From: Cyanophora paradoxa CCMP329
Lineage: Eukaryota > Plantae > Glaucophyta
DNA: 64,000 bases
NCBI GenBank assembly: GCA_004431415.1
Contig: QPMI01000519.1
Span: 248,001-312,000, forward strand
Direction: 5' to 3'
The translations under genes were made by a program, and so were the position numbers. This document shows positions 60,299 through 64,000 of the stretch, in pieces; the first letter of the stretch is position 1; the number at the start of each line of letters is the position of its first letter. The notes under the pieces were generated by a model. The model searched no databases. It saw only the letters and a list, made by a program, of their open reading frames with translations, and was not told the DNA's origin.

Positions 60299-63200
60299 AT
60301 GGCAGCCACGGCGCGAGAAGAGCCGCAGGGCAGTAGTAGCCCTGCGCTACAACCATCCGCGCCATCTGCGGCGAGCTCGGCGCTCATTCAGCGAGTAGAC
60401 TCCTTGCTCTCCACATTGGTGCCGAACAAGTGGACCGAATACAGCAGATTGCACGTGTTCAACTATGTCAAGTCGATCCTCGTTCGCGTCTTCCCAAACG
60501 TGACGGTGAGCTGCCTGGGTCGCTTTCGTATATGGAGCGCCAAGAGCGCCCGGGCGTGGCGGAGCTTCTGGACCAGTCGATAGGCCGAATCGCCCCGCGC
60601 GGGGCGGGCACGCTAGCCGCGCACCTTGCACGGTCCGCGCACAGGCCTTACGCGGTGCTGCAGGTCCTGCAGTTCGGCTCCGTGCCGCTGAAGACATATC
60701 TGCCTGACGGTGACATCGACGTTGGCTTCTTCGGCCTGCGCCTCGAGGAGGACTGGCCCCTCCGCCTCAAGAGCGCCATCGAGCGTGACGCGGCCAACCA
60801 GCAGAAGCTAGGCCATCCGCTGAAAGATGTAGCGTGCATCTTCGCCGAGGTGTGATTGTTGCCTCCGAGCACGCGGCCCCGGCGCTCCCATTCGCCGCTC
60901 ATGACGATCTCTCCGTTGCCTGAGCTCGCCCGCGCAGGTGAAGGTCGTGAAGTGCATCTTGGGCACGATCATGGTGGACATTAGCTCAAATCAAACGGCC
61001 GGTCTCTGCACTTTGTGCTTCTTCGAGGAGGCGAGCCCACCGTCTGCTGAATCTCGCCACTCGTGCTAACGGTGGCGCGCCGCTTTCCGCTTAGGTCGAC
61101 CGCCTGATTGACAAAGACCACCTGTTTAAGAGGAGCGTCATATTGATCAAGGCGTGGTGCTACTACGAGAGCAGGATACTTGGTTCGCAGATGGGTCTGA
61201 TTTCGACCTACGCGCTGGAGACACTCGTGCTTTACATTTTCAACCGGTTTAACGATTCTTTGCATTATCCTATCGATGTTCGTGCATCGCCCCTCACGTA
61301 GAGCCGCTTGCGGCGGGCAACCTCCGCGGTTGCCGATGCTCGTTTGAACGTGCAGGTCCTCTATCGTTTCTTGGAGGAATTCAGCCAGTTCGATTGGGAG
61401 AAGTACGCGATTTCTATATGGGGCCCGATCGAGATTGGAGCGCTGCGGAACCTGCCTCGTGCGCCGCACCCCACGCCCCTCGCATCTCTTTCCTTCCTTT
61501 TCTGACCGGCGCCCGGGGGCCCGCGCGGCGTCTCAGTGCCGGAGCGGGCGTCGTGGGAGGTTGCGGAAGGCAAGGAGCCGCCGATCACGTCCAAGTTCAT
61601 GACGTACATGCGGAGCATCTACACGGACTCGTTCGAGCGCCTCGGGGCCAACCGCCCGCACTACAAGCGACCGTCCGCGCCCCGCCCCGCCCCGCCCCGC
61701 CGCTCGCGCCGCCGCCGCCGCAGCGCTGACGCCGTGGCGCGCAGGGAGCAGCGGCAGTTCATGCTCAAGCACATGAACGTGGTGGACCCGCTCGTCCCCC
61801 ACAACAACCTCGGGCGCTCCGTATCCTTGTCCAACCTCGCGAGGATACGGAGTGCCCTCGGGCTGGGCCGGCAGCAGCTCGCCTCGGTCCTCGACAAGGC
61901 GGCCCCCGAGGCGGCCGCTGCCCTGGACCAGTTCTTCACGTCGACGCATCGTCGGCTCCGAGGGGACGTCTGGAGCCGCTCGGACCTTGCTGGGATCCAC
62001 CACCTGTGGAACTACGAGCGGTCCATGCTCTACTCGCTCGCGGTCACGGCCTCGGCCGCTCCCGCGCACGCCACCGCGACAGCCGCGGCGGCCGCAGCAG
62101 CAGCAGCGAACGCGCACATCGCTCGCATCCTGGCCGCCGCCTCTGCGGCGCACCTCCCCGCTCTTCTTCACCAACAGCAGGCCGCCGCAGCCGCCTACCT
62201 CCAGGCCTACGGGACTCTCCCCTCTTCCGCCTCCTCCGCCTCCTCCGCGTCCGCCGCCGCTGCCGTCCAGCCGGCCGCCCCCGCGCTCCCTTCCCCGTCC
62301 TCCCGGGGCGCGGCCGAGGCGGCGCGCGCGGCGGTCCTCTCTGCGATCGACGCGGCGGCGGCGGCGGCCTCGGGCGAAGGCGAGGCCTCGGGCAAGGGCG
62401 CTGGGGGCGAGCAGGCGCACCCGCCCGGCGCCGAGCACGCGCACTGGCACGGGCGCAACGGCGCCGTCAAGCCCCATCCGCAGCCGGCCTCCCCGCGGCC
62501 CGCCCGCGCCCTCCCGCGCCCCTGCCCCCTCCGGCCCCGGCTCCCCGGCGGCGCCTCCTCCTCCTCGGGCCGTCGCCCCGCCCCTGCCGGTCGTCCCCGC
62601 CCCGCCCACGGGCCCGCCCCCGCGCCCCCTCCGAGAGCTCTATCCCCGAAGAGCCGCCCATCCTCTTCGGCTCCGTGGACCCCGCCGAGCTCGCGAACGT
62701 CGTACCCCCTCCCTCCCGCCTCCCCGGCCTCCTCCTCCGCCTCCGGGCCTCCTCCGCTCGCCCCCGCCTGCGCCCGGCGCGCCGCGACCCCCCACCTCGC
62801 CCCGACGGCGGCCCCCGCCGCCCGCCCCAGCGCCGGCGCCGGCGGCGGCGCGAGGACCGGCACGTCGTCGCCGGCCTCGCGTGCCTCGGTCACCAGCCCG
62901 GGGCTGCAGGGGAGCTCTTCGGGGGAAGGGCCCCCCGAGGCGCGGCTGCCCCCCGCCGCCCAGCCGAGCGCCCCGTCCCTGTCCATCCACCTCCCCACGC
63001 CGCCTCACACCCCCGTCGTGCCCCTGCCCCGCTCCCCCGCCGCCTACCCCCACGGCTGGGAGGCCGATCCGCTCGCTGCCGCCGCCCGCCTCGCCATAAG
63101 GCACGCCCAGCAGCAGGCGGCGCAGCAGCAGCAGCAGCAGCCGGGGATCGTACCCCTGCAGCAGCCGCACCCCGTGCAGGCGGCGGCCTCCCAGATGCAG

Positions 63201-63889
63201 CAGGGGTACCTGGAGTACGGCCCCTCGGGGGCGGCGTCGCCCATGCCCCTGCCCTCGCCCTCGGCCTCGCCGGCCCCGCTCCCCGCGGCGCCCTCGCCGG
63301 TGCCGGCGCTGGCGCAGCAGCCCCTGGCGCCGCTCCTCTCGTCGATGCTGGAGAACATCCAGGGGCCCTTCACCTCGGCCTCGGGCGGCGCCGAGCGCGC
63401 CGACTACCTCGCCTCCGACCTCAAGGCCCGCCCTCTTCCCGCTCCGATCCGCGCCCCCCGCCGCGCCCCGCTCATCCTCCCTCGCTCGCGCGCGCGCAGG
63501 GGCTCCGCCAGAACGTCGAGCACCTGCAGACGATGTTCGCGCGGCGCGAGGGGCCCCCGACCTCCTCCCCCTCGGGCGGCGGCGGCGGCGGCGGGTACCG
63601 CCACGACCGGAGCATGACGCCCCCGCCCAGCGGCGCCCACGCTGGCTACGGAGGCGGCGGCGGCGGGGGGGGCGGCTACGGACGCGGGGGCGGCAACTAC
63701 TACAGCCCGCAGGGGCAGTACGCCCGCGGCGGGGGCGATCGCTGGGCCTCGCAGGGCGGCGGCTCGCGGGGCGGGCCCCGAGGAGGCCAGTGGGGCGACG
63801 GCGGCGACGCCCAGGGCGGCTACCGCAGGGTGCCGCCCCAGCAGATGCAGCAGCAGCAGCAACAACAACACCAGCAGCAACACCAGCAA

Positions 63890-63934
<45 letters not shown>

Positions 63935-64000
63935 CCGATGCCGCAACCGCTGCAGCCGATGCCCCAACCCGCCGATCAGCAGCAGCCACAGCAGCAACAG
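60299..64000 (+). CDS. Pol-beta-superfamily nucleotidyltransferase with PAP/OAS1 substrate-binding-like domain and long low-complexity tail; runs off the window
   Basis: FGSVPLKTYLPDGDIDV (hG[S]...DxD motif), AEVKVVKC...VDIS, HLFKRSVILIKAWCYYESRILG...GLISTYALETLVLYIF, VLYRFLEEFSQFDWEKY and NVVDPLVPHNNLGRSVS. These match the plant/algal PAP-OAS1-like NTase family. Confidence 0.93.
63838..64000 (+). repeat. CAG/CAA microsatellite encoding polyglutamine
   Basis: Long cagcagcag/caacaa run, in frame with the NTase tail. Confidence 0.9.

Noticed and set aside
50680-64000. Functional clustering of the AC-PDE receptor with the OAS-like-fold nucleotidyltransferase as a cyclic-nucleotide immune operon
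   Set aside because: These are separate intron-containing eukaryotic genes 1.3 kb apart. The NTase motifs match the widespread plant/algal PAP-like family, not cGAS/CD-NTase.
1-64000. The many long Arg/Pro/Gly/Ala-rich ORFs in the six-frame track
   Set aside because: They are antisense or off-frame shadows of GC-rich exons and read-through of introns. Conserved motifs appear only in the spliced frames reported above.

Overview
This is a GC-rich, intron-dense eukaryotic nuclear window. Introns are mostly about 50-130 nt, with many GC-AG donors and CTGAC/CTCAC/CTAAC-type branch points. The style suggests a photosynthetic protist, possibly a glaucophyte such as Cyanophora, but that is a guess. 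Most entries in the ORF track are GC-rich shadow frames, so I rebuilt genes by splicing exons by eye; boundaries are approximate where stated. In order, the window holds: casein kinase 1 (partial), a hypothetical coiled-coil gene, diacylglycerol kinase, and a tail-to-tail pair of paralogous uncharacterised type-I membrane proteins. Next come a single gene with two tandem sn-glycerol-1-phosphate-dehydrogenase-like domains (the first degenerate), a centrin/calmodulin-like protein, a triple zinc-ribbon protein and two identical U2 snRNA genes. These are followed by an MFS transporter, a BAH-like protein, a ricin-B-like protein and an NT-C2 coiled-coil protein. A retroposon-like block at 39-43 kb precedes a temptin-like secreted protein, an F-box/LRR protein and protein-L-isoaspartate methyltransferase. 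The standout is an 8.3-kb gene encoding one polypeptide: a cyanobacterial-chemoreceptor-like TM/extracellular sensor/TM/HAMP input, a PAS domain, a class III adenylyl cyclase and a class I cyclic-nucleotide phosphodiesterase. The window ends inside a PAP/OAS1-like nucleotidyltransferase with an RGG/polyQ tail.
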